Part shown: positions 27,157-36,457 of the stretch, in pieces
Numbering within the stretch: position 1 is the first letter of the stretch
How the letters are laid out: the number at the start of each line of letters is the position of its first letter
From: Bryobacterales bacterium
GTDB taxonomy: Bacteria; Acidobacteriota; Terriglobia; Bryobacterales; UBA6623
Direction of reading: 5' to 3'
Assembly (NCBI GenBank): GCA_965214655.1
Contig: OZ243965.1
Span: 141,033 to 205,032, forward strand
Length of the DNA stretch: 64,000 nt
Program-made: the position numbers and the translations under genes
Notes under the pieces: model-generated
The model's database searches: none
What the model was told of the DNA's origin: nothing
Seen by the model: only the letters and a program-made list of their open reading frames with translations

Positions 27157-28326
27157 TCAGATCCTGACGATCTCGCGCTGCACCGCGCCGGTGGCCCTGG
27201 CGCCGGAGACGTCGACGTAGCAGTCGATTTCGCTGCGCACCCCGAATTCCGGCAGATAGACGCCCGGCTCGATCGAGAAGCAGGTGCGGAGGACGATCGG
27301 GCGGTCGTCGCGCGTCTCCAGATTGTCGAGGTTGGCGCCGTTGCCGTGCACCTCTTCTCCGATCGAGTGGCCGGTGCGGTGGACGAAGCGCTCGCCGAAA
27401 CCCGCCTCCGCGATGTGGCCGCGGGCCACGTCGTCCGCTTGCCATCCTGCGATTTCCCTGCCCTCGCGCACAGCCTTGTCGATAAAGTCGAGCGTCTTGT
27501 CCCGCGCGCCCGTCACCACGTCGAACGCCGCCTGGATCCGCTCGGGCGGGGCGGGGCCGCACCAGCCGGCCCAGGTGATGTCGTAGTAAACCGCATGAGG
27601 CTTGTCGAGTTTGGCCCACAGATCGATCAACACGAAGTCCCCGCCGCGGATGGGTTGCGAGGACTCGGCCGACGGGGCGTAGTGCGGGTTGCCGCTATTG
27701 GCGTTCACGCCGACGATCGGCCCGTCATCGGCCAGCAGGCCGCTCTCTGCGAACCGGCTGCGGATGAATTGCGCGATGGCGAACTCCTGCGCCTCGCCGC
27801 GGGAGTCGATTTCCGTGCGAATGCGCCGGAACGCCTCGCGCAAGACCGCGTCCACGCGGCGGCCCGCCTCGAAGTGTGTCTCGCGCTGCTCGTCCGACCA
27901 GCGCGCCTCGAAATACTGTACGAGCGCCGCCGAGGTCACCACTTCCTTGCCCAAGGAACGCACCAGATCGACGGTTCCGCCGTCCACCAGGGACACATAG
28001 GGAATCATGCAGCCGGGGGAGTACTGCATGGCGATGCGCGACGCGCCCTGCAGCATGTCCCGCAGCGCATCGTGCTGCGACTGCCAACTGGCGTAAACGC
28101 GCTTCGCCCCCGGCGCGCCGTCGAGCCGCCGATCCTCGATGCGGTGAACCAGCTTGACCGGCTCGCCGGCGGCGGGAATCCAGTAGTACCAGCGCCGCGA
28201 AACGTGCCCTGCGGCGGGCAGGCCCAAAACGCGGTAGGCGATCGGGTCGCGCAGGTGGTGGTCGAACAGCAGCCAGCCGTCGAGCCGCTGCAGGCGCAAT
28301 TGTTCCCGGATTTCCGCCAAGTCCAT
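27157..28326 (-). CDS. M24 family Xaa-Pro aminopeptidase
   Basis: PHY, DLWAK..YYDIT, FVHRTGHSIG.EVHG, FSIEPGVY, GVRSE. Confidence 0.9.
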   Translation of the reverse strand: MDLAEIREQLRLQRLDGWLLFDHHLRDPIAYRVLGLPAAGHVSRRWYYWIPAAGEPVKLVHRIEDRRLDGAPGAKRVYASWQSQHDALRDMLQGASRIAMQYSPGCMIPYVSLVDGGTVDLVRSLGKEVVTSAALVQYFEARWSDEQRETHFEAGRRVDAVLREAFRRIRTEIDSRGEAQEFAIAQFIRSRFAESGLLADDGPIVGVNANSGNPHYAPSAESSQPIRGGDFVLIDLWAKLDKPHAVYYDITWAGWCGPAPPERIQAAFDVVTGARDKTLDFIDKAVREGREIAGWQADDVARGHIAEAGFGERFVHRTGHSIGEEVHGNGANLDNLETRDDRPIVLRTCFSIEPGVYLPEFGVRSEIDCYVDVSGARATGAVQREIVRI

Positions 28327-28335
28327 CGAATGCGG

Positions 28336-29550
28336 TTACCCCAGCTTTAGCAGGCTCTCGCGGACGCGGGCCTCGGGCACGGTGACGCCGAGGCCGGGGC
28401 CGTCCGGGACGGTGACCGTCACGCCCTCCAGCGGCATGTCCTCGACCATCAGATCGGCCAGGAACTGCGGCCCGTTCAGCTCGGGCGGCAACAGCAAATC
28501 GAGAGTCGAATAAAGGTGAATCGCCGCCATCAGGCTGACCCCGGCATCGGTCAGCCCGCTGCCCAGCAGACCCAGCCCGTGCGCCTCGGAGACGACCGCG
28601 CTCTTGTTGCAGTTGGTGACGCCGCCGCTTTTGGGAACCTTGAGAACGACCAGATCGGCGGCCTGCATCTCCGCCATCCGGGCCACGTCGAAAGACGAAA
28701 AGCAGCCTTCGTCGATCGCTATCGGATAGGGGCTTTTCTCCCGCGCGCGGCGCAGCCCCATCCAATCCTCGCTGCGCACCGGCTGCTCGAAGCAGCGGAT
28801 GTTGTCGAAGTCCTTGAGCGCTTCCAGAAAACGCTCCAGGCGGATCGGCTGATAGGACTGGTTGGCGTCCAGCCAGACCACGATGTCGGGTCGGGCGGCG
28901 GTAATCGCTTCGAGACGCTTCACGTCCTCGTCGGGGTCGCCCGCGACCTTGACCTTGAAGCACTTGCAGGCGGGCCACTTCCTGACCTCCGCGGCCATCG
29001 CCGCCGGCGCGTCGATGCTTACGGCGTAACAGAGGTCGATCGTGTCGTGAACTTTGCCGCCGAGCATGCGGTGAATCGGCAGGCCGGCGACCTTTCCGGC
29101 AAGATCGAGAAAGGCGATCTCCAGCGCGCTCTTGGCGAACGGCGCGCCGTTGCTCACCGCAGGCCGGATCGTTGCGTCCATCTCCTTCTTCAGCGCGTTC
29201 CACTCGAACGGAGTCTTGCCTACCGCAAGCGGGGCCAGATAGTTCCGCAGCGTGCCGACAACCGCCTCGATCGTCTCGTAGGCCCAGTTGGGCACCGTGT
29301 TGGTCATGCCCCAGCCGACATGCCCGTCCTCGGTTTCCAGCCGTACGAGCACGTACTTGCCGGGCTTGCCCTTGCCGCCGACGGAGCCGACCCCGATCTT
29401 GAATTCCGATTGGAACGGAATGCCTACGGGAAGAACCTCAACCTTGCGGATGCGCCGCCCTTTGGAGTCCGCCGCGCCGGCGCCGGCGGAAGCCAGACCC
29501 AAGCCGCCGCAGGCCAGCGCTTGCGCGAACGCGCGCCGATTCGATCTCAT
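28336..29550 (-). CDS. Enolase-superfamily (muconate cycloisomerase/dipeptide epimerase-like) enzyme with Tat signal
   Basis: NRRAFAQ twin-Arg signal; FKVKV, WLDANQ, FEQP, IAIDEG, LKVPKSGG, PDGPGLGV. Confidence 0.88.
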   Translation of the reverse strand: MRSNRRAFAQALACGGLGLASAGAGAADSKGRRIRKVEVLPVGIPFQSEFKIGVGSVGGKGKPGKYVLVRLETEDGHVGWGMTNTVPNWAYETIEAVVGTLRNYLAPLAVGKTPFEWNALKKEMDATIRPAVSNGAPFAKSALEIAFLDLAGKVAGLPIHRMLGGKVHDTIDLCYAVSIDAPAAMAAEVRKWPACKCFKVKVAGDPDEDVKRLEAITAARPDIVVWLDANQSYQPIRLERFLEALKDFDNIRCFEQPVRSEDWMGLRRAREKSPYPIAIDEGCFSSFDVARMAEMQAADLVVLKVPKSGGVTNCNKSAVVSEAHGLGLLGSGLTDAGVSLMAAIHLYSTLDLLLPPELNGPQFLADLMVEDMPLEGVTVTVPDGPGLGVTVPEARVRESLLKLG

Positions 29551-30467
29551 CGGAATCTCCTTTTTCCAGCGGAAACCATTGTAACGGCGGGAGACCCCGC
29601 AGGCAACGACCGCGCGAAGCTGCCGGCGGCGATAACCAGACAGATCCACAAGACATTCGCGGCCAGCAGATGAACGAGTTGCAGCCATGCCGGCGCCGAC
29701 AACGCGATATTGAGGAAGCCGAGAGCGACTTGCGCCGCGGCCGCGTGCATCGCCGCCTTGGCCCAAGGGTCGGCGGGGGCTTGCGGCGCCAGCAGCCACA
29801 GCAGGTACCCGGCGGCGGCTATGGCGACGAGCGGATGCACGATCCTCAGGCGGACGAGAAAGTGTCCGGCGTCGATCGCCTCGGGGGCGGTAAAAAGGGT
29901 GTCGCCCAGCGCCGTCACCGCTCCGCTGGCCGCGGTCAGAACGAAAACGGCCATGCCCACGGCGAACGCCGGCGCGCGGCCGGCGAAGATGCGGCGGTCG
30001 GCCTCGCGCGCCTGCGCCCAACGCGCGCAGAGCGCCGCGGATGCCGTCAGGAAAAGGGTGTTCGTCAAGTGCAGCGCGATGACCACCGCCCGCGCGGCCG
30101 AGTCGTCGTCTTCCACGAGGCCGCCGAGCACGAGGCCCGCCCCGATCGCTCCCTCGAAGACGATGAACAATAGCGTGAACCCGGCCGCGGCGGCAACCGG
30201 CCCCCTGCCGAAGGCTTTCCAGGCCCAAACCAGCAGAACGATCCCCAAAACGCCGCACAAGGCGCTGGTCAGACGGTGCGTGTACTCGATGAGGGCGGCG
30301 GCCGACGGCTCCGCAGGAACGATCTCGCCGTTACAGGTCGGCCAATGGCTGCCGCAGCCCGCGCCGGAATGACTGATGCGCACCCACGCCCCGAAAAGGA
30401 TCACGGCGATCAGATAAGCGAGGAAGCCCCAGGCGAATTTGCTGAAGCGGGAGGAATCGGCCGGCAC
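29547..30467 (-). CDS. ctaA: Heme A synthase (COX15/CtaA)
   Basis: GAWVRISHSGAGCGSHWPTCNG, IEYTHR, VIALHL, LRIVHP, LVHLLAA. Confidence 0.88.
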   Translation of the reverse strand: MPADSSRFSKFAWGFLAYLIAVILFGAWVRISHSGAGCGSHWPTCNGEIVPAEPSAAALIEYTHRLTSALCGVLGIVLLVWAWKAFGRGPVAAAAGFTLLFIVFEGAIGAGLVLGGLVEDDDSAARAVVIALHLTNTLFLTASAALCARWAQAREADRRIFAGRAPAFAVGMAVFVLTAASGAVTALGDTLFTAPEAIDAGHFLVRLRIVHPLVAIAAAGYLLWLLAPQAPADPWAKAAMHAAAAQVALGFLNIALSAPAWLQLVHLLAANVLWICLVIAAGSFARSLPAGSPAVTMVSAGKRRFR

Positions 30468-30653
30468 CGGCTTTCAGCGTAGCAGCGCCTGAAGCCTTTC
30501 AGTCACAGCGCGACCCGGGCGGGATTTCCTTTACTCGGACGGCGCGCCGTGCGAGAATCGAATCGGAACATTTGTGAATGGAGTTGTTTCGGATCACGGA
30601 AGGCGATTCAGTCCGCGCGGACGCGCCGCGCGGCGCTCGCAACGCCCCGATCG

Positions 30654-30674
30654 TTTTCCACAGCGCTTTCCACA
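30654..30674 (+). promoter_or_regulatory. Two tandem DnaA-box-like 9-mers upstream of dnaB
   Basis: TTTTCCACA (30654-30662) fits TTWTNCACA; CTTTCCACA (30666-30674) has one mismatch. Confidence 0.55.
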
Positions 30675-30797
30675 GAGTTCTTCAGAGGCTAAGGCATTGA
30701 GAATGCGCGGTCGAAAAAATAGCTTTTCGGCGCGGCGGCCAACGGGTATTCTGGAAGCCTTTTCGCCGCGCCCCTTGCGGAGCACAAGAAACGCGCC

Positions 30798-32231
30798 ATG
30801 TTGACGCCCTCCTCCCCCGACGCTCTCGCCCTGGAAAAAGGGCTCCCGACCAACGTAGAGGCCGAAAAATTCGTCCTCGGCTCCATCCTGCTCGACGACA
30901 CGCTGTTCGCCCAGGTGGCCGGGCTGCTGGACGCGGAGGACTTCGCGCTGGAGAAGCACCGCAGAATGTTCGCCCGCATGGCCGACCTGAGCGAGCGCGG
31001 GGAGCGCATCGAATACCTGACCTTGATCGACGAACTGGAGAAGCACGGTCAGTTGCAGTCGGTGGACGGCATCGCCTACATCGCCTCATTGAACGAAGGC
31101 ATGCCGCGGTTGACGAGCATCGACAGCTACATCAAGATCGTCAAGGACAAGTCGCTGCTGCGCCAGTTGATTTTCACCTCGCAGGGGATCATTGCGTCGT
31201 GCATCGACGAAACCCGCGGCGTGGACGAAGTTCTGGCCGAGGCCGAATCGGCGGTCATGAAGGTCGGCGACCGGCAGTTGCAGACGGGCCTGGAAAACCC
31301 GCAGCGGACGATCGAGAACTATCCGGGCGGGCTGCAGACGTTTTTGGACCCGAGCAGGCGTCCCAAAGGCCTGGCCGGGCCGTTTCACAAGTTCGAGGAA
31401 ATGACCACGGGCATGCACGGCGGGCAACTGATCGTGGTCGCCGCGCGTCCTGCGATGGGCAAAACCGCTCTCGCGCTGAATGTCGCCGCCCACGTGGCGA
31501 TGGAGCGCCCGGGCTACGCAGGCAAGCCCGTGGCGGTGTTTTCGTTGGAGATGTCGAAGGAGTCTCTGCTGACCCGCCTGCTCTGCTCGGAAGCGCAGGT
31601 CGATCAGCACCGCTTCCGCGGCGGGTACCTCAACCGCGACGAGCGGGGGCGCTTGGCCCGCTCGCTCCAGCGGCTGGTGCAGAGCAAGTTGTTTCTCGAC
31701 GATTCCGCGGACACCAACATCATGGAGATCAGCGCGAAGTGCCGGCGGCTGCGCGCCGAGCACGGATTGGCGCTGGTGGTGGTGGATTATCTGCAACTGC
31801 TGGGATCGAAAGGCAGGGTCGAAAACCGGGTGCAGGAGATTTCGGCCTTTTCCCGCGGCCTGAAGCTGTTGGCGAAGGACTTGGACGTGCCCATCCTCGC
31901 GCTCTCGCAGTTGAACCGCGCCCCGGAGACGCGGCAGGGCGACCACCGCCCGCAACTGAGCGATCTGCGCGACTCGGGATCGATCGAGCAGGACGCGGAT
32001 ATGGTCTGCTTCATCTTCCGCGAAGAGGTTTACAAGCCGGACCGCGACGACCTGCACGGGGTCGCGGAGTTGCTCATCTCCAAACAGCGCAACGGCCCCA
32101 CCGGCAAGATCAAGCTGGCTTTCCTGAACAAGTTCGCCAAGTTCGAGAATCTGGCCGAAGACGTCGGCAAGGAGGGCGGCGGCGGCGAGCCGGCCGGAGA
32201 AGAAGACGACGAAGTTCCGTTCGATGTCTGA
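30798..32231 (+). CDS. dnaB: Replicative DNA helicase
   Basis: EAEKFVLGSIL, AARPAMGKTA, FSLEMS, VDYLQL, LSQLNR, LRDSGSIEQDAD, KQRNGPTG; no intein. Confidence 0.98.
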   Translation: MLTPSSPDALALEKGLPTNVEAEKFVLGSILLDDTLFAQVAGLLDAEDFALEKHRRMFARMADLSERGERIEYLTLIDELEKHGQLQSVDGIAYIASLNEGMPRLTSIDSYIKIVKDKSLLRQLIFTSQGIIASCIDETRGVDEVLAEAESAVMKVGDRQLQTGLENPQRTIENYPGGLQTFLDPSRRPKGLAGPFHKFEEMTTGMHGGQLIVVAARPAMGKTALALNVAAHVAMERPGYAGKPVAVFSLEMSKESLLTRLLCSEAQVDQHRFRGGYLNRDERGRLARSLQRLVQSKLFLDDSADTNIMEISAKCRRLRAEHGLALVVVDYLQLLGSKGRVENRVQEISAFSRGLKLLAKDLDVPILALSQLNRAPETRQGDHRPQLSDLRDSGSIEQDADMVCFIFREEVYKPDRDDLHGVAELLISKQRNGPTGKIKLAFLNKFAKFENLAEDVGKEGGGGEPAGEEDDEVPFDV

Positions 32232-32330
32232 AACAATGAGAACCCTGGTTTCGCGTTGACGAACCGTTCAAACGGTCAATCGACTTTGCATTTGCGCGCC
32301 GGCGTCAGCGTTCAACCGGAAAGTATCGTC

Positions 32331-32876
32331 ATGCCGCACGCACGGATTTCCACGCTTGTCCTGGTCGCCGGCTTGTTTCTGTTCTTGCAGCCTGTCTGCG
32401 GGCAGAAGCGCAAGGTCGACGTGCGGGCGCTTTGGGGTTATGCCGCGGGATTGGAAGACACGCCTCCTCATGCCTGGGTGGGCGGCGGAGCCGTGACGGC
32501 CGCCGTCGGCCCCCGCCTGCGGCTCGGCGTGGAGGCGCTGCAGGCCAACATGTTCGGTAAATACAGCGACTTCAAGGAACGCGCCACGCTCGTCACTCCG
32601 CTGATGGAGTTCGAGTTTTCGCCGGGTCGGCGTTTCAACCCTTACCTGGCAATCGGAGTCGGATATACCCGGTATCGCGCCCTTGAGCCCAATCCGCTTC
32701 ACTTCTTCGATCCTTCGCTTCCAGAGTCCGAGTGGCGCAACGAGGGGGGCTTCAATCTCGCCGGCGGAGCGGGGATTCGGCTATTCATGACGGAACGATT
32801 TTTTGCGGCTCCGGAACTGCGTATCGGCTTGATTCCCTTTTTGCGTTCAACGGTCTCCCTCGGCTATGTTTTCTAA
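32331..32876 (+). CDS. Small outer-membrane beta-barrel (OmpA/OmpW-like) protein
   Basis: Signal peptide, NPYLAIGVGY, GGAGIRLF, C-terminal LGYVF beta-signal. Confidence 0.75.
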   Translation: MPHARISTLVLVAGLFLFLQPVCGQKRKVDVRALWGYAAGLEDTPPHAWVGGGAVTAAVGPRLRLGVEALQANMFGKYSDFKERATLVTPLMEFEFSPGRRFNPYLAIGVGYTRYRALEPNPLHFFDPSLPESEWRNEGGFNLAGGAGIRLFMTERFFAAPELRIGLIPFLRSTVSLGYVF

Positions 32877-32916
32877 ACGTGTCCGCGGGCCACGCCGGAA
32901 TTGTCTAAACTATGCT

Positions 32917-33178
32917 TAGCAGTCGTGGTGAAAGTCCCGTGGGCGGCGCGGCAGTCTCCTGCGGTCGTTCGGCGAGAAGTGAGGAGGGAGGCGATCCGGG
33001 AGATCGTCCCCGACGAACGACGAAGTCGACGACCGTAAACGCCTGCCGCCCAAAGGGTTATGCGCTCTGAATGCCGATCCGGCAGTATACGCCATGTCGA
33101 GTCGCTTGATCGTCCGCACGATACTGCATTGGCCCCAGGCGCGTAACGGCGCCTGCGTGACTTTTGCCACGGCTGCTG
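32917..33178. mobile_element. ~260-bp MITE-like structured repeat, copy 2 (most divergent)
   Basis: TIRs TAGCAGTCGTGGTGAAAGT ... ACTTTTGCCACGGCTGCTG; internal sequence colinear with copies 1 and 3. Confidence 0.85.
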
Positions 33179-33185
33179 AGACGTC

Positions 33186-35024
33186 ATGAAGCTATCGGTC
33201 ATGCTCCTGGCCGCAATCCTGCCGGCCGCGTCTTTCGGGCAGCAGGCGCAAAAGCCGCGGCCGCCGGACGGCCACCCGGAAATCCGCTCGAATGACCGCC
33301 GGGCGGAATTGTCGGCGTTGACCGCGAGACTGAGCGCGGGCAAGGCGGCCGCCGCCGGGCCGGTCGCCCGCAAGAATTTCATCGACGATTTCATCTTCGG
33401 CAAACTCGAGCGCGACGCGGTCCCGCACGCTCCATTGGCAAACGACGAGACTTTCATACGGCGGCTCTACATCGACCTTACCGGACGGATTCCCAGCGGC
33501 AAGGAAGCCCGCGAATTCGCGGCGGACGGCGACCCGGCCAAGCGGGACAAGCTGATCGACAAGCTGGTGGGCGGCATCGACTGGCGCGACCGCTGGACGC
33601 ATTGGCACCTCGACTTGTGGCGCACGAGCCAGAACCGCATCGGCTGGGCGGGGCGCAATCTGTTTCACGACTACATCGCCGACGCTCTGCTGCTCAACCA
33701 GCCCTACGACGAGCTGGCGCGGGAGTTGCTGACCGCCGAGGCGCGCAGCAACTGGTACGTCGGGCCGGCCAACTACCTCGTGCGCTGGGCGCAGTTCGCC
33801 GACAACTGCACGGAAATCATGCACGAAGACACGGCCGACGAGATGACCGTGATGATCTTCAAGCACTTCATGGGCATTAACCTGCAATGCGTCTCCTGCC
33901 ACGACGGGGCGAACCATCTGGAGCAGGTCAACGCCTGGCTGACCGAGCGCAAGCGCGAGGAGCTATGGGCGCAGGCGGCGTTCTTCGGCAACACGCGGGT
34001 GCTGCGCCGCGTCGAGCTGCGCAACACGCAAGACGAGTACCGCATCGACGACAAAGACAAGACGCGCGCCGGTTATTCCCGCGCCGCGCCGAGCACGGTG
34101 CGCGTAGCGCGCTTGGGCGAGGGAATGGTTCCGCCGCAATTCATCCTCGGCGGCGAGGCGCCCGCGGCCGGCAAGCCTTTGCGGCAGGAGTTGGCGCGCA
34201 TCTTTACCGCCCACCCGCAATTCGCCCGCGGCGTGGTCAACCGCTTCTGGGCGGAGTTCATGGGCGTCGGCATCGTCGATCCCGTGGACGGTTTCGATCT
34301 GGCGCGGATGGATGCCGCAAACCTCCCGCCGGGATGGGACCTGCAGCCGACGCATCCCAAGCTGCTCGACCGGCTGGCCCAAGACTTCATCGACAGCGGC
34401 TACGACTTGCAGCATCTGCACAAGACCATCGTCAAGTCGTCGGCGTATCAGCTTGCATCGAGCTTTCCGGCCGAGTGGAAACCCGGCTACGCCAGGTATT
34501 TCGCGCGCAAATTCGTGCGCCGCATGTCTGCGGAGCAGGTTTACGACGCCGTGGTCAAGGCGACGAACCTGCACATCCCGATCCGCATCCCCTTGACGGA
34601 CAAAACGGTCCGGTACATGGTGCAGATGCGCGGCCCCGCGGATCTCAAGCGCGCGCCGAACCTCGACCCGAAAACGCAGTTGGACTTGCAGTTTTTCGCC
34701 GAATCGTTCGGCCAGGCGAACCGCGAGTTCAACGAACCGAAACGCGAGGGCTCGATCGTCCAGGCGGCGCTGATGATGAACAGCAGCCTGGTCAAGGAAA
34801 AGGCCAAGCCCCGCCCGGGAAGCTATCTTGCCGCATTGCTCGCCCGCAGCATGGAGATCGAAGAGATCGTCGACGCGCTGTTCTGGCGCTTTCTCACCCG
34901 CGGGCCCGACGCCGGCGAGAAAGATTCCGCGTTGACCTTGTTTGCCGACCGCGGCCGCGAAGCCGGCGGCGAAGATCTGCAATGGCTTTTGATGAACAAG
35001 GTGGAGTTCTTCTTCCACCGCTGA
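33186..35024 (+). CDS. DUF1549/DUF1553 (planctomycete PSD1-type) protein
   Basis: NFIDDFI, DETFIRRLYIDLTGRIP, LQCVSCHD (CxxCH), VNRFWAEFMGVGIVDP, THPKLLDRLA, RRMSAEQ. Confidence 0.9.
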   Translation: MKLSVMLLAAILPAASFGQQAQKPRPPDGHPEIRSNDRRAELSALTARLSAGKAAAAGPVARKNFIDDFIFGKLERDAVPHAPLANDETFIRRLYIDLTGRIPSGKEAREFAADGDPAKRDKLIDKLVGGIDWRDRWTHWHLDLWRTSQNRIGWAGRNLFHDYIADALLLNQPYDELARELLTAEARSNWYVGPANYLVRWAQFADNCTEIMHEDTADEMTVMIFKHFMGINLQCVSCHDGANHLEQVNAWLTERKREELWAQAAFFGNTRVLRRVELRNTQDEYRIDDKDKTRAGYSRAAPSTVRVARLGEGMVPPQFILGGEAPAAGKPLRQELARIFTAHPQFARGVVNRFWAEFMGVGIVDPVDGFDLARMDAANLPPGWDLQPTHPKLLDRLAQDFIDSGYDLQHLHKTIVKSSAYQLASSFPAEWKPGYARYFARKFVRRMSAEQVYDAVVKATNLHIPIRIPLTDKTVRYMVQMRGPADLKRAPNLDPKTQLDLQFFAESFGQANREFNEPKREGSIVQAALMMNSSLVKEKAKPRPGSYLAALLARSMEIEEIVDALFWRFLTRGPDAGEKDSALTLFADRGREAGGEDLQWLLMNKVEFFFHR

Positions 35025-35042
35025 CACAAGGCGGCGCCCGCG

Positions 35043-36416
35043 ATGAGACGCTTCGAAGACCATTTCCTGACACGCCGGCAGATGCTGCGCATTGGCGGCG
35101 TCGCCATGACCGGCTATCACTTTCTGCCGCTGGTTCAGCCCAAGGCCAGGGCTGGCGGGCGCGCGGAGCCGCGGGGCAGCGCGCGCTTCTGCATCTTCGT
35201 CATGCTCGAAGGCGGCCAGTCGCACGTGGATTCCTGGGATTTGAAGGAAGGCCCCTGGACGCCGCAAGACTTCGACGTCCGCTCCCTGCCGGGCTTGGGC
35301 AAGTGGCCGCTGGGACTTTATCCCGAACTGGCCGAACGGCGCGGCAAATACACACTGCTGCGCGCGATGGAAGCCTGGGAGAGCCAACACGGCCGCGGGC
35401 AGTACTACATGCAGACGGGGCACCAGCACAACCCGGCGCTGGCGCCCGAGTTGCCGTCGATCGGCTCGGTGATCGCCTACGAATACGCCTCGCGCCGGCG
35501 GGAAACCGATTCCCTGCCCCCGTTCGTAGGCTTCAACACGTTTCCCCAAGTCGGCCTGCTCGGCTCGGGGTTCCTGCCCGCGCGGTACACGCCGTTTCAC
35601 GTGAATACGGCCTCGGACATCTCGGCGCTGGCCCCGGCGAAAGAAGACCTGCCGGAGTTTCAACGCCGCTGGGAACTGCTCAAACGGTTCGACAGCCGCA
35701 TCCGCACCGATCCGGCGCTCGAGAAAAAGGTTTACCGCGACTTCCACAACCACTACGAGGGCGCGGTCGAGATGATGGCCGACCCGCGCAGCGCCGACGT
35801 TTTTTCGATTCGAGCGGACGAGCGCAAGCGCTACGGCGGCAACCTGACCGGCGACGCCTTCATCCTGGCGCGCAACCTGGTGACCGCCGACGCCGGAACG
35901 CATTTCGTTTTTCTGACCCATGAAGACTGGGACCACCACGGCAAAATTTACGATCGGCAGAATTTCTACAAACGCTCCTACGAGCTCGACACGGCGCTGA
36001 GCCAACTGCTCGACGATCTGGAGGCGGCCAAACGCCCAGACGGCGCCTCGGTTCTGGACGAGACGTTGATCGTCTGCGTGGGCGAGTTCGGGCGCACGCC
36101 GGGAGCGTTGACCAACATCGCCGGCCGCGACCATTACCAGTATGCGTTTACCGCGTTGTTCGCGGGCGGCGGCATCCGGCCCGGACAGGCGATCGGCGGC
36201 ACCGACGAGCACGGGGCGAAGATCGTCGATCCCGGCTGGAGCGGAGGCCGCGGCGTTTACCCCGAAGATTTGGCCACGACGATCTATTCCGCGATGGGCA
36301 TCGACTGGACCAAGAAAATCGAAGAGACCCCCTCGGGGCGGGCCTACTACTACATCGAGATTTTCTCGCCCACGCAGTTGCTGGCCAATCGGGTCGTCGA
36401 AGATCTGTTCGCTTAA
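35043..36416 (+). CDS. DUF1501 family protein, Tat-exported
   Basis: TRRQMLR signal; GGQSHVDSWD.K, WDHH, GEFGRTP, GRDH, AGGGI..G.TD; canonical partner of DUF1549/1553. Confidence 0.9.
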   Translation: MRRFEDHFLTRRQMLRIGGVAMTGYHFLPLVQPKARAGGRAEPRGSARFCIFVMLEGGQSHVDSWDLKEGPWTPQDFDVRSLPGLGKWPLGLYPELAERRGKYTLLRAMEAWESQHGRGQYYMQTGHQHNPALAPELPSIGSVIAYEYASRRRETDSLPPFVGFNTFPQVGLLGSGFLPARYTPFHVNTASDISALAPAKEDLPEFQRRWELLKRFDSRIRTDPALEKKVYRDFHNHYEGAVEMMADPRSADVFSIRADERKRYGGNLTGDAFILARNLVTADAGTHFVFLTHEDWDHHGKIYDRQNFYKRSYELDTALSQLLDDLEAAKRPDGASVLDETLIVCVGEFGRTPGALTNIAGRDHYQYAFTALFAGGGIRPGQAIGGTDEHGAKIVDPGWSGGRGVYPEDLATTIYSAMGIDWTKKIEETPSGRAYYYIEIFSPTQLLANRVVEDLFA

Positions 36417-36457
36417 GCGCCGGAGGGCGAACGCCGCGGGCCTTATAATTGAAGCCC

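Noticed and set aside
30798-32231. Intein in DnaB
   Set aside because: Length (477 aa) is normal and the helicase motifs are contiguous.
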